A stretch of 64,000 nucleotides of DNA from an uncultured Bacilli bacterium (GCA_947629375.1 CANRDN010000009.1:209-64208); one strand, 5' to 3'. Positions 43,117-53,354 are shown, counted from the stretch's first letter. The notes: generated by a model from the sequence alone, not told the origin. A program made the numbers and translations.

Positions 43117-43138
43117 AAAAAAGCCCAAAGGCTTTTTA
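43117..43138 (-). terminator. intrinsic terminator of rpsD
   Basis: On the minus strand, AAAAAGCC-tttg-GGCTTTTT followed by a T-run. Confidence 0.6.
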
Positions 43139-43738
43139 TCTATTGTAGAATTCAACTATTAATGATTCATCAATATCAGCAGGTAGTTCTTGTCTTTCAG
43201 GAAGTCTAACATAAGTAGCTTCTTTTTTAGCTTCATCATAAGTTAAGTATTCAACACGAGATACAACTTTTTCTAAAGCTTCATTAACAACTTTAAGATC
43301 TTTATCTTTGTCTTTTAATGTTATAATAGAACCAACTTTAACTTTGAATGATGGAATATCAACTTTTTGACCATTTACTAAAATATGACCGTGGTTAACA
43401 AGTTGTCTAGCAGCGCGTCTTGTGTTTGCAAATCCGATACGATAAACTAAGTTATCTAAACGAGATTCTAGTAATCTTAAGAAGTTTTCACCGTGGATAC
43501 CTTTCATCTTACCAGCTTCTTCGAATGTCTTACGGAATTGTTTTTCATTTAGTCCATACATAAATCTAACTTTTTGTTTTTCTTTTAATTGAACACCATA
43601 GTTAGAAAGTTTTCCACGTTTATCAGCACCGTGTTGACCAGGACCATATGGGCGTCTTGCAAGTTCTTTACCATTTTCTAATAAACTTAAACCAACTCTA
43701 CGAGCTTGTTTATAACTAGATCCAGTATATCTTGACAT
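43136..43738 (-). CDS. rpsD: 30S ribosomal protein S4
   Basis: [16 protein letters not shown]...; 200 aa with an S4 RNA-binding domain. Confidence 0.97.
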   Translation of the reverse strand: MSRYTGSSYKQARRVGLSLLENGKELARRPYGPGQHGADKRGKLSNYGVQLKEKQKVRFMYGLNEKQFRKTFEEAGKMKGIHGENFLRLLESRLDNLVYRIGFANTRRAARQLVNHGHILVNGQKVDIPSFKVKVGSIITLKDKDKDLKVVNEALEKVVSRVEYLTYDEAKKEATYVRLPERQELPADIDESLIVEFYNR

Positions 43739-44017
43739 TTAAAATTCCTCCTTTATTTATATTACATAAACAAAAGACTATGCATTTCCTTGTTTTTAGG
43801 GAGTTTATTTTAATATGTTCACTAAAAACAGCTTTAAAAAGTTACTAATAAACTTAATAAACACATTAAAAACATAAAATGCTTGCTGTTTGAATATGCA
43901 ATAAAGATTATATATTAAAAGTACCTCAAAGTCAATAAAATCTTAATTTTAAAAAAATTAATGAAAATATAAATGATATGTGTTAGAATAATGTTATAAG
44001 AAGATAGAGGTGATTAA

Positions 44018-45736
44018 ATGAAAGAGGTAGCATTAGTCATAGTTGCATACATAGTAATTGCAATTATACTCGTTTTAATCGTCCTTACTTATATTAAAAG
44101 AAAAAAACTTAAAGAATATCGAAAAGAACTTGAATTATTAGATAAAAAGAAAAATGAAATAGAAAGTGCACCTGTCGCATCAGAACTTGCAAAACTAGAA
44201 ACGATTGTTAAAAATGAAAAAGCAGAAGAAAAATATAAAAAGTGGTTTACGACTTTCGAAGATATTAAAGCTTTATATATTCCAGAAATAAACGATATGC
44301 TTATTGATCTTGATACACTTTTAGAAAAGAAAAATATAAAGGATTATACGCTTACTCTTGCTAAAACGGAAATTGAAATTTATAAAGCAAGACAAGCAAT
44401 TGAAAACTTGTTGGATGAAATTAAAGAAGTAAATTTAAGTGAAGAAAAATATCGTAAAATAATAATTAAATTAAAAGCAAAATATAGAGAGTTAAACGAT
44501 ACTTTTAATGCCAATAAAAAAGAGTATGAACAAATTGCAAATCCTATTGAATTGCAGTTTGAAAATATCGAAAAATTATTCCAAGATTTTGAATATTATA
44601 TGGAACAAAATGACTATCAAGAAGTATATCATATTGTTAAAGGAATAGACATTATGATAGATCATATGGAAGTAGTTATTAAAGAAGTTCCAGATTTAGT
44701 ACTTTTAGCTAATAGAGTAATACCTAAGAAGATAGAACAAATAACGGAAATTTATAGTGATATGAAAGCTAAAAAGTTTCCTTTGAAACATTTAAAGATT
44801 GAATATAATGTCGAAGAATCTTTAAAGAATGTTAATAAGATTTTGGATAGAATTAAAGTAATGAATCTTGAAAACTGTATGTTTGAATTAAAGACGATGT
44901 TAGAGTACTTGGATTCATTATTTGAACAATTTGAAATAGAAAAACAAGCTAAGAAGACTTATGAAGATGCTAAAGAAATATTCGATAAGAAACTAGAAAA
45001 GACAACAGAAGAAGTGAACAATATATATGCCCAAATGGATGACATAAAGAGTATGTATGACTTAACAGATAACGATGTTAAAACAATTGATGCTGTTAAT
45101 GAGAAAACACAAAAACTTAATGAAGAATATAAAGCACTTCTTAAATCTGCTCCAAGAAAGAAAACACCTTTCTCAGAACTTTCAATTGTCATACAAGATT
45201 TTGTAGAAAGATTGAATGGAATTTCTGATGAGTTAGATGTATCTCTTAAAAATTTAGGAAATCTATACGATGATGAAGCAAGAGCAAGAGAACAATTAGA
45301 TGAAATACAAGAATTATTAAAACAATCTAAAGCAAGAATAAGAAGTTATAAACTTCCAATTATCTCTGATAATTATTTTGTACAATTACAAGAAGCTAAT
45401 GAATCAATATTAGAAATAATAAAAGAACTAGAAAGAAAACCTATTGTTATTAAAACATTAAATACAAGGGTTGACACATCACGCGATTTAGTTTTAAAAT
45501 TATTTAATACGACAAATGATATGATAAGGACAGCTAAATTAGCAGAGTATTCAATCATATATGGTAATAGATATCGAAGTAAGAATATCAACATCGATAG
45601 TGGACTTAATCAAGCTCAAATGTTATTCTATAAAGGTAATTATAAAAAGTCTTTAGATGTAAGTATTACCACAATTGAGCGTATTGATAATGATATTAGA
45701 AGGAAGGTAAATGAACTTTATGAAAAAGATAAATAA
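44018..45736 (+). CDS. ezrA: septation ring formation regulator EzrA
   Basis: N-terminal TM anchor, about 540 aa of coiled-coil repeats, family-typical length, and C-terminal motifs. Confidence 0.85.
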   Translation: MKEVALVIVAYIVIAIILVLIVLTYIKRKKLKEYRKELELLDKKKNEIESAPVASELAKLETIVKNEKAEEKYKKWFTTFEDIKALYIPEINDMLIDLDTLLEKKNIKDYTLTLAKTEIEIYKARQAIENLLDEIKEVNLSEEKYRKIIIKLKAKYRELNDTFNANKKEYEQIANPIELQFENIEKLFQDFEYYMEQNDYQEVYHIVKGIDIMIDHMEVVIKEVPDLVLLANRVIPKKIEQITEIYSDMKAKKFPLKHLKIEYNVEESLKNVNKILDRIKVMNLENCMFELKTMLEYLDSLFEQFEIEKQAKKTYEDAKEIFDKKLEKTTEEVNNIYAQMDDIKSMYDLTDNDVKTIDAVNEKTQKLNEEYKALLKSAPRKKTPFSELSIVIQDFVERLNGISDELDVSLKNLGNLYDDEARAREQLDEIQELLKQSKARIRSYKLPIISDNYFVQLQEANESILEIIKELERKPIVIKTLNTRVDTSRDLVLKLFNTTNDMIRTAKLAEYSIIYGNRYRSKNINIDSGLNQAQMLFYKGNYKKSLDVSITTIERIDNDIRRKVNELYEKDK

Positions 45737-46355
45737 TAGAGGGATTGGTAAAATTGAATTAATGACTATGCTTGGTCTTTTGGCAGTACTTTTTGCATTT
45801 GGAATAAAAATGTTTATGGATAATATTAAAAATTATTCTTTCTTTGAAGATGTTGCTATACAGTTTTCAGCTGATCTTTCAAAGTATAAAGATAAATATC
45901 CTAAAGGAAGCAATATCTATTACTTGAGTGAAGCAATTGAAAAGGGATATTCTAAAGAAGTTAAAAATCCTTTAAACACTAGTGAAAATTGTGATAAAGA
46001 ATTATCGTATATCAAAGTTGATAAGCAAGGAAATAAATTCGTAAACTTGGTATGTGGAGAATATGTTGTAGAAGGATATCAAAGTGATGGATTTAAAGTT
46101 TATGAAGTAACTGAATGGCACGAAAAAGAAAAGAAAGAAGATAATGATACAACAACTTGGTATAACTATACAAAGGATGAAACTAATGAAGAATTCCTAG
46201 AAAAATATGTGCCAGAAGATATCTTTATGAAAATGTATAAAGAAATAGAGCATACTACACTTTACTCTATTGATGAAGTAGAAGGTTACGAAGGTCAAAA
46301 ACTTCTCACTAAAACAATGTATAGACAGAAAAACTTAGTAAAAGATTTAAAATAA
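45711..46355 (+). CDS. membrane-anchored protein with a prepilin-like N-terminus
   Basis: NNRG-IGKIELMTMLGLLAVLFAF has Gly, then Glu at +5, then a hydrophobic helix. It overlaps the end of ezrA. An alternative ATG is at 45720. Confidence 0.5.
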   Translation: MNFMKKINNRGIGKIELMTMLGLLAVLFAFGIKMFMDNIKNYSFFEDVAIQFSADLSKYKDKYPKGSNIYYLSEAIEKGYSKEVKNPLNTSENCDKELSYIKVDKQGNKFVNLVCGEYVVEGYQSDGFKVYEVTEWHEKEKKEDNDTTTWYNYTKDETNEEFLEKYVPEDIFMKMYKEIEHTTLYSIDEVEGYEGQKLLTKTMYRQKNLVKDLK

Positions 46356-46380
46356 AAGATGATTATTCATCTTTTTTTTG
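46355..46380 (+). terminator. intrinsic terminator
   Basis: AAGATGA-ttat-TCATCTT followed by T7. Confidence 0.6.
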
Positions 46381-46404
46381 ATATACTTATTATGGTGATT
46401 AATA

Positions 46405-47541
46405 ATGGGACTTTTTAGCAAAATTAAAAATATGTTTAAACATAACGAAGAAAATGAAGAGTCTTCATTAAATGTTGAAGAAGAACAAAGAATAGAAGAG
46501 TCTAAAGAAGAACATATTGAAGAAGTAAAAGAAGAAACTAAAAAAGAAGTTAAAGAAAGAAATAAAGAAGAAAACAAAGAAGAAGTTAAAGAAGAAAATA
46601 AATCTATCGAGAAAGAATCAGTTAAAGTCTATGAAAAAGGTCTTTCTAAAAGTAGAGAAAACTTTGTATCTAAACTTATTAATTTAACTAATGGACATAA
46701 AAAGATAGATGACGAATATTTCGATGAACTTGAAGAAATCCTTATTATGGCTGATATTGGAGTAGATACAGTTATGAACTTTATGGATAGATTAAGAAAA
46801 AGAGTTAGTAAAGAAAATATTGAAGATGTTGAATACTTAAAAGAAGTAATTGTCGATGAATTATTTATTATTTATGTTAGTGATGAGATTATCGTAAATA
46901 AAATTAATTATGCCAAAGAGGGACCTACTGTTATTTTGTTTGTTGGAGTAAATGGAGTAGGGAAAACGACTACGATTGCTAAACTTGCTTCTAAACTTCA
47001 CGATGAAGGAAAAAAAGTAATGATGGTTGCAGGGGACACCTTTAGAGCAGGAGCAACAAAGCAACTTGAAGAGTGGGCAGAAAAAACAAATTCTCTCTTC
47101 GTTGGAAAAGAAGAAGGCGTTGACCCATCGAGTGTAATCTACGATGGACTTGTTAAGGCTAAAGAAGAAAATGTCGATGTCGTATTAATCGATACAGCAG
47201 GAAGACTTCAGAATAAAACTAATCTTATGAGAGAACTTGAAAAGATTAACAAAGTAATCGGTAAAATAATTCCTGATGGACCAAATGAAACATTACTTGT
47301 AATTGATGCGACAACTGGACAAAATGGTATAAGTCAAGCTAAAGCATTTAAAGAAATTACTAATGTAACTGGTATAGTACTTACTAAACTAGATGGAACT
47401 GCTAAAGGTGGAATCGTACTTGCCATCAAAGAAAGTGTTGGAATACCTGTAAAATATATTGGACTTGGCGAAAGAAAAGAAGACCTACAAGTATTTGATA
47501 TTGAAAAATATATTTATGGTTTATTCAAAGATATGATGTAG
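46405..47541 (+). CDS. ftsY: signal recognition particle receptor FtsY
   Basis: Acidic A-domain with the MGLFSKIKNMF helix. NG domain motifs GVNGVGKTTT, DTAGR and TKLDGTAKGG. Confidence 0.95.
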   Translation: MGLFSKIKNMFKHNEENEESSLNVEEEQRIEESKEEHIEEVKEETKKEVKERNKEENKEEVKEENKSIEKESVKVYEKGLSKSRENFVSKLINLTNGHKKIDDEYFDELEEILIMADIGVDTVMNFMDRLRKRVSKENIEDVEYLKEVIVDELFIIYVSDEIIVNKINYAKEGPTVILFVGVNGVGKTTTIAKLASKLHDEGKKVMMVAGDTFRAGATKQLEEWAEKTNSLFVGKEEGVDPSSVIYDGLVKAKEENVDVVLIDTAGRLQNKTNLMRELEKINKVIGKIIPDGPNETLLVIDATTGQNGISQAKAFKEITNVTGIVLTKLDGTAKGGIVLAIKESVGIPVKYIGLGERKEDLQVFDIEKYIYGLFKDMM

Positions 47542-47548
47542 GTGCTTT

Positions 47549-47842
47549 ATGGATAGAAAAATATATTTAAATAGCTTATACGATTGTTATAAAGAATTGT
47601 TTACCGAAAAACAACAGTTATATTATGAAGCATATTACTGGGAAGACTTATCTTTAGGTGAAATTGCTGAAAACCATAGTGTATCGAGAAATGCTGTTCA
47701 TAATCAACTGAAAATAATGGAAGAAAAATTACAAGAATTAGAAGATAAATTAAAATTAAAAGAAAAGAAAGAAAAAATAATTGAACTACTTCAAGATAAA
47801 GTCGATGAAGAATTAATAGAAAAAATAAAAGGAATAATTTAG
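47549..47842 (+). CDS. ylxM: YlxM/UPF0122 helix-turn-helix protein
   Basis: LYDCYKELFTEKQQLYYEAYYWEDLSLGEIAENHSVSRNAVHNQLK closely parallels B. subtilis YlxM. Confidence 0.85.
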   Translation: MDRKIYLNSLYDCYKELFTEKQQLYYEAYYWEDLSLGEIAENHSVSRNAVHNQLKIMEEKLQELEDKLKLKEKKEKIIELLQDKVDEELIEKIKGII

Positions 47843-47852
47843 AGGTGATATT

Positions 47853-49607
47853 ATGTTTGATAAGATTTCTTATATTAGTGAAACAAATGTTGTTGTAGAT
47901 TTAGTACAAGGCGTTGCAATAACAAATAATATTTTAAGTTCTCACGTTATAATTTCAGACGAAGAAAAAGAGTTACTTGGTGAAATATCTCAAGTAAACT
48001 CATCTCAGGTAGAAATAAAATTACTTGGGGAATTTACAAATGGTCAATTGTTCGGTGGTATCATAAGAAAACCACTTATGAATGCGAAGATAAGACCAGT
48101 TAATGATCAAGAAATATCTGTTATTTTAGGACAGACAAATCCTGGTGCTATGTATTTAGGAAGAAGCCCGTTCTATAATGGAGCACCTGTATGCCTAAGT
48201 ATCAATAACTTCTTTGGAAACCATTTTGCTATTTTTGGTAATTCTGGAAGTGGTAAATCTTGTGGTACAGCAAGAGTTTTACAAAATGTATTTCAAAATA
48301 AAGACAATCCACCTCTTAATGCCAATATAATTATTTTCGATGTTTCAGGAGAGTATGCAAATGCATTCTCAAAACTATCTGAGATAGATCCAAGATATGA
48401 CTATAGGGTATTTACAACAAGCGAATCAAATACGCAATATGAACAGTTAAAAATTCCTTTATGGCTATTGAATGCCAACGATTTAGCATTACTTCTTATG
48501 TCGAGTGCTCATTCTCAATTACCAATTGTCGAAAGAATGTTGAAACTTGCTAGAATCTTTGCCGAATCTTCACAAATGAGTGAAACATATAAGGACCATT
48601 TAATTGCCAAGGCCATTATTTCAATCTTATTTAGTGACTCTACACCAGTAAAGAAGAAAAACGACATTTTCCAAATTGTAGAAACTTGTCCAACAGCTAA
48701 CTTCAATATGGATGCTAATATCCAAGGAGTTGGATACACAAGAAAATTTAGAGATTGTTTCCATATTGATAAAACTGGAACATTTACAGAAGGAATCTTA
48801 TTTACAGAATACACATCATCTTTCGTTCGTGATGAACTTGATGATTATGAACCAAGAAATTTAACTTTCTATAATCTAAAAGACTTAGAGAAAGCTTTAG
48901 ACTTTACATTAATCTCTGAAGGATGGTATAATAATCCGAACACTTATGCCGATGCAGCAAGTGTTAGAGTAAGACTTCACTCCTTGATAACAAGTGAACA
49001 AAGTAAGATATTTGATTATCCACAACAAGTAGATGTTCAACAATTCCTAAGTGCAACATTATATAAGGATAACAAAAAGCGTCAAATAGTAATTATAAAT
49101 CCAGAAGATATGGATGACTCTTTAGCATCCGTTATAACAAAAATATATACAAGAATTATATTTGACTTTGCTAAGACTTTACCTAAAAAGGGAAGTATAC
49201 CATTCCATATAATCATCGAAGAAGCGCATAGATACATCAAAAACGATAATGACCATTTCTTAATCGGATATAACATCTTCGAGCGTGTTGCTAAAGAGGG
49301 AAGAAAATATGGAGTTATCCTTGGAGTTATAAGTCAAAGACCAGTTGAACTATCTGATACAGTTATATCGCAGTGTTCTAATTTCTTAATATTCAAAACA
49401 AACCATCCGAGTGATGAAGAGTATATAAGAAAGATGATACCTAATATCAATTCAGATATTGTCGATAAACAAAAAAGTTTGCAATCTGGAACTTGTCTAG
49501 GATTTGGAACAGCCTTTAAAATCCCGGTTATAGTACATCTAGATATGCCAGATCCTGCACCGCTTTCTTCAAATAGTGATATAGTAACAAACTGGAAAAG
49601 TGCATAA
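47853..49607 (+). CDS. HerA-like (DUF87, FtsK/HerA superfamily) P-loop ATPase, 584 aa
   Basis: N-terminal HAS-barrel-like segment, Walker A FGNSGSGKSCG, Walker B FHIIIEEAHRY, then KYGVILGVISQRP and a C-terminal LQSGTCLGFG pattern. Confidence 0.75.
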   Translation: MFDKISYISETNVVVDLVQGVAITNNILSSHVIISDEEKELLGEISQVNSSQVEIKLLGEFTNGQLFGGIIRKPLMNAKIRPVNDQEISVILGQTNPGAMYLGRSPFYNGAPVCLSINNFFGNHFAIFGNSGSGKSCGTARVLQNVFQNKDNPPLNANIIIFDVSGEYANAFSKLSEIDPRYDYRVFTTSESNTQYEQLKIPLWLLNANDLALLLMSSAHSQLPIVERMLKLARIFAESSQMSETYKDHLIAKAIISILFSDSTPVKKKNDIFQIVETCPTANFNMDANIQGVGYTRKFRDCFHIDKTGTFTEGILFTEYTSSFVRDELDDYEPRNLTFYNLKDLEKALDFTLISEGWYNNPNTYADAASVRVRLHSLITSEQSKIFDYPQQVDVQQFLSATLYKDNKKRQIVIINPEDMDDSLASVITKIYTRIIFDFAKTLPKKGSIPFHIIIEEAHRYIKNDNDHFLIGYNIFERVAKEGRKYGVILGVISQRPVELSDTVISQCSNFLIFKTNHPSDEEYIRKMIPNINSDIVDKQKSLQSGTCLGFGTAFKIPVIVHLDMPDPAPLSSNSDIVTNWKSA

Positions 49608-49629
49608 TAATTAATTAGAGGGTGATAAA

Positions 49630-50937
49630 ATGTTTGAGAGCTTGGGGGAAAGATTACAAAACGCTCTTTCAAAAATAAAAGGAACAGGGAAAATAACAGA
49701 AAATAATATCAGTGATATGATGCGTGAGATTCGTCTTGCGCTTTTAGAAGCTGATGTTAACTATGTTGTCGTTAAAGAATTTACAAATAAAGTAAAAGAA
49801 AAAGCTCTTGGTGAAGAAGTTCAAAGAAGTTTAAAACCAGGAGAAGTATTCGTAAAAATAGTTAAAGATGAGTTAACCGCCTTACTAGGAGGAGAACAAG
49901 AAGATTTAAATCTTGTGGGAAATCCAGCTATTCTTATGTTAGTCGGACTACAAGGTAGTGGTAAAACAACACAGATTGGAAAACTTTCTAACTTATTAAG
50001 AAAGAAGCACGCTAAAAGACCTCTTTTAGTAGCGTGTGATGTCTATCGTCCTGCTGCTATCGACCAGTTAAAACAAATTGGCAAACAGCTAAATATTGAG
50101 GTTTACGAAGAAGGTAAGAAAGACCCAGTAGAAATAGCTAAGAATGCCATTAATTATGCTAAAGAAAACAAGTACGATTATGTATTAATCGATACGGCAG
50201 GTAGACTTCATATCGATGAAGAATTAATGGATGAGCTTGAAAGAATAAGAACAAGTGTCAAACCACAAGAAATTCTTTTAGTAATAGATTCTATGATGGG
50301 ACAAGATGCTATCAATGTTATTGAAGGATTCAATAATAAACTTCCACTAACTGGTGTTATCTTAACTAAATTAGATGGTGATACTCGTGGTGGTGTCGCA
50401 CTTTCTGTAAGACATTTAACTAATGTTCCTATAAAATTTGTTGGAACTAGTGAAAAGATGGATGGGCTTGATACATTTGACCCAGAAAGAATGGCAGGTC
50501 GTATTTTAGGAATGGGAGATATCGTATCTCTTGTTGAAAAAGTACAATCTGAAATAGATGAAAAAGAAGCTGAAAAAGCTGCTAAAAAAATGCAAAATGG
50601 TAAGTTTGATTTAGAAGACTTCTTATCACAAATGAAACAAATTAAAAAACTTGGACCACTAGAAAACTTGATTAAATTGATTCCAGGAGCATCTAAAATG
50701 GGATTAAATAATGTTCATATAGATCCTAAACAACTAAGTCATATCGAAGCTATTATTCAATCAATGACACCAAGTGAAAGAAAAAATCCTGACATTATTA
50801 AAGCAAGTAGAAAAACAAGAATTGCTAAAGGTTGTGGATTATCTGTTCAAGAAGTCAACAAATTACTTACTCAGTTTGATCAAATGAAAAAAATGATGAA
50901 ACAAATTTCGAATGGAAATATGCGTATGCCATTTTAA
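49630..50937 (+). CDS. ffh: signal recognition particle protein Ffh
   Basis: GLQGSGKTT, DTAGR, TKLDGDTRGG, and a Met-rich M domain. Confidence 0.97.
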   Translation: MFESLGERLQNALSKIKGTGKITENNISDMMREIRLALLEADVNYVVVKEFTNKVKEKALGEEVQRSLKPGEVFVKIVKDELTALLGGEQEDLNLVGNPAILMLVGLQGSGKTTQIGKLSNLLRKKHAKRPLLVACDVYRPAAIDQLKQIGKQLNIEVYEEGKKDPVEIAKNAINYAKENKYDYVLIDTAGRLHIDEELMDELERIRTSVKPQEILLVIDSMMGQDAINVIEGFNNKLPLTGVILTKLDGDTRGGVALSVRHLTNVPIKFVGTSEKMDGLDTFDPERMAGRILGMGDIVSLVEKVQSEIDEKEAEKAAKKMQNGKFDLEDFLSQMKQIKKLGPLENLIKLIPGASKMGLNNVHIDPKQLSHIEAIIQSMTPSERKNPDIIKASRKTRIAKGCGLSVQEVNKLLTQFDQMKKMMKQISNGNMRMPF

Positions 50938-50962
50938 ATAAAAAGAATATAAGGGTGATAAT

Positions 50963-52576
50963 ATGAATAAAGTATATATATTTGGACATAAGTTTCCTGA
51001 TACTGATTCGGTAACGAGTGCTATTGCGCTTTCCTATTTAAAAAGGAAACAAGGTATTTATAATGAAGCAAGAGTACTAGGGGAAATAAATGATGAGACT
51101 AAATATATACTTGATAGATTTGAAATTAAACATCCAAGATATCTAAATAATGTCAAATTACAAGTAAGAGATATTCTTTATCATAAAGATTTCTATCTAA
51201 GTAAACAATCTTCTATTGAAGATGTTTATTTATATATGGAACAAAACAACATAACAGGAGTTCCAATTGTCGATAGTAACAATAACTTTTTAAATATTAT
51301 TACAGCTAAAATGATTTTAAAAGAGAGTTTTTCAACTCATAATATCTTAAGAACTTCTTATGATAATATTTTAAAGTCACTAGAAGCTCAAGAAGTATTA
51401 AAATTCGATGATGAAATATATGGAGCAGTGAACGCGGTTACTTATAAAAGTGCAACTTTTTTAGAAGAATTTAACTTTACAAATGAAGACATATTGATTG
51501 TCGGCAATAGAAATAGTATTATTGAAGCTGCCGTTACAAACAAAGTAAAATTAGTAATTCTAACTCAGATGTCAGAGATAAAAGAAGAACACTTAAAAAT
51601 AGCTAAAGAAAATAAAGTAAATATAATTAAAACACCATATAACTCTTTTAAAACTGTAAAAAAGATTATGTTAAGTAATTATGTAAGTACTTTATTCAAT
51701 GATAATAGAGCATTTACTTTACAAGAGATGGATTACTATGATGACTTTTTAGAAGAATCAAAACATCTTGGATATAATAACTATCCGGTAGTAGATAAAG
51801 AAGGAAAATGTAAAGGACTTCTTCGTCTTACGGATATAAGAAATAGAGAAAAAAAGAAAGTAATTTTAGTCGATCATAATGAATTTAGTCAAAGTGTAGA
51901 TGGTCTTAATGAAGCTGAAATATTAGAAGTAATTGACCATCATAAAATAGGGGATATTTCTACTAGTAACCCAATTAACTTCCGTAATATGACTGTTGGA
52001 AGTATTAATACGATAATCTTTACTTTGTATCAAGAAGCAAGAATTGAAATACCTAAAGATATCGCATCTATTATGCTAGGTGGAATAATTTCTGACACTT
52101 TAGCACTTACTTCACCAACAACTACGGAAACAGATAAAATAGTGGTAAGAGAACTAGAAAAAATTAGTGGATTAGATTATAAAGAATATGCAACTGATAT
52201 ATTTAATGCAAGTTCTAATATCGATAATAAAAGTGTGATGGACTTAATTAAAACAGATATCAAAACATTCAATAATGGAAGTAATCAATTTAAAGTATCA
52301 CAAATGACGATGATGGATGCTCAAAAAGTTTTAGATAGAAAAGATAAATTTATTGAAGCTTTAAACGAAATAAAAAATTCATCGCAAATGGAATTTGTTC
52401 TACTTATGGTTACGGATATCTTAAGAAATGGAAGTTATCTCTTCTATAGTGATGGACTTGCTACTAAAAATCTTTTATCGAGAGCGCTTGAAAAAGATAT
52501 CTATGAAGGAATATTCCTAGAACAGACAGTATCTCGTAAAAAACAAGTAATTCCTGCCATAATGGAAAACGAATAA
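50963..52576 (+). CDS. ppaC: family II (DHH) inorganic pyrophosphatase with CBS/DRTGG insert
   Basis: DTDS, VDHN, DHHK and GGIISDT motifs. A ~250-aa regulatory insert lies between the DHH subdomains. Confidence 0.8.
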   Translation: MNKVYIFGHKFPDTDSVTSAIALSYLKRKQGIYNEARVLGEINDETKYILDRFEIKHPRYLNNVKLQVRDILYHKDFYLSKQSSIEDVYLYMEQNNITGVPIVDSNNNFLNIITAKMILKESFSTHNILRTSYDNILKSLEAQEVLKFDDEIYGAVNAVTYKSATFLEEFNFTNEDILIVGNRNSIIEAAVTNKVKLVILTQMSEIKEEHLKIAKENKVNIIKTPYNSFKTVKKIMLSNYVSTLFNDNRAFTLQEMDYYDDFLEESKHLGYNNYPVVDKEGKCKGLLRLTDIRNREKKKVILVDHNEFSQSVDGLNEAEILEVIDHHKIGDISTSNPINFRNMTVGSINTIIFTLYQEARIEIPKDIASIMLGGIISDTLALTSPTTTETDKIVVRELEKISGLDYKEYATDIFNASSNIDNKSVMDLIKTDIKTFNNGSNQFKVSQMTMMDAQKVLDRKDKFIEALNEIKNSSQMEFVLLMVTDILRNGSYLFYSDGLATKNLLSRALEKDIYEGIFLEQTVSRKKQVIPAIMENE

Positions 52577-52578
52577 AA

Positions 52579-52611
52579 AAGACATTTCATAACGAAATGC
52601 CTTATTTTTTT
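52579..52611. terminator. bidirectional intrinsic terminator
   Basis: AAGACATTTC-ataac-GAAATGCCTT (one mismatch) flanked by A6 and T7. Confidence 0.55.
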
Positions 52612-53255
52612 AATGTTCTTTGATAAGAGTGGTCAACATCTAACACACCGTTTACTTGTTTTTCTATTTCTAAAAATGCTTCTTGTCTTGTGTCCATTAT
52701 TTCATCTTTATTACCTTTAGAAATATTATCGTACTGTGCTAAATTATTGACTACTAACAAGTTATTAAACTCTTCAAAATTACGATATACATATAAAGGA
52801 GCTTCACAAGGTTTCTCTGGGTTCATAAATGATTTATAGTATCTTTCTCGTTGCTTTATATATAAAGAAATTCCTCCGACACTTTCAAAGGCTTTCTTTT
52901 GAGTATTATTAATTTTATGAAAAGAGCGACAATATTCAGTCATTTCATCGACTAATTTATAAAGAGTGCTTTCACTATCACCTAAATCATTTCTCAATAT
53001 TCTTTCTTTTACAATATTACCAAGACATCCAATCTTAGCAAAGATAGAAGAAGGGAAAAGCCCATTTGATAAATCGTAATAATCGTCAATTGAATAACGA
53101 GAACAAATCATATTAGCAGTATCACAAGCAAGCGTCATAAACTCGTAGACATTCGGATCCTGTTCCCAATGTTCATCATAATAGTTAATCGTATCATCTA
53201 ATCTTTTTTCTAAACTCTTTTTATATTTCAAATAACTTTTAAAATCTTCAAACAT
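52602..53255 (-). CDS. hypothetical protein (about 217 aa), no recognisable domain
   Basis: The ATG at 53255 is preceded by an AAGGAAG RBS. The upstream in-frame ATGs in the track lack an RBS. Confidence 0.55.
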   Translation of the reverse strand: MFEDFKSYLKYKKSLEKRLDDTINYYDEHWEQDPNVYEFMTLACDTANMICSRYSIDDYYDLSNGLFPSSIFAKIGCLGNIVKERILRNDLGDSESTLYKLVDEMTEYCRSFHKINNTQKKAFESVGGISLYIKQRERYYKSFMNPEKPCEAPLYVYRNFEEFNNLLVVNNLAQYDNISKGNKDEIMDTRQEAFLEIEKQVNGVLDVDHSYQRTLKK

Positions 53256-53300
53256 AATATCTTCCTTTTTTTTCATATATGTTAACATAAAATTAATTTA

Positions 53301-53329
53301 TTGACAATAAAAATAAAATGTGTGAATAT
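53301..53329 (+). promoter_or_regulatory. sigma-A promoter TTGACA-17 nt-TGtGAATAT
   Basis: The -35 coincides with the track TTG start at 53301, so that extension is not coding. Confidence 0.5.
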
Positions 53330-53354
53330 TAAATGTAGAAGAGGATTGATAATT

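Noticed and set aside
43739-44017. Possible S4-binding autoregulatory leader upstream of rpsD (279-nt intergenic region)
   Set aside because: It is plausible from Bacillus precedent, but I could not identify a convincing promoter or conserved structure by eye, so it is not annotated.
46378-46404. Dedicated ftsY promoter (TTGATA) just upstream of the start codon
   Set aside because: There is no acceptable -10 at proper spacing, and too little room before the ATG. The transcription origin of the ftsY operon is left undetermined.
47853-49607. Calling the HerA-like gene a known Sir2-HerA or DUF4297-HerA anti-phage system, or a HerA-NurA repair pair
   Set aside because: No Sir2, DUF4297, NurA or any nuclease gene is adjacent, and the flanking genes are ylxM and ffh. 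Only the unusual context is reported.
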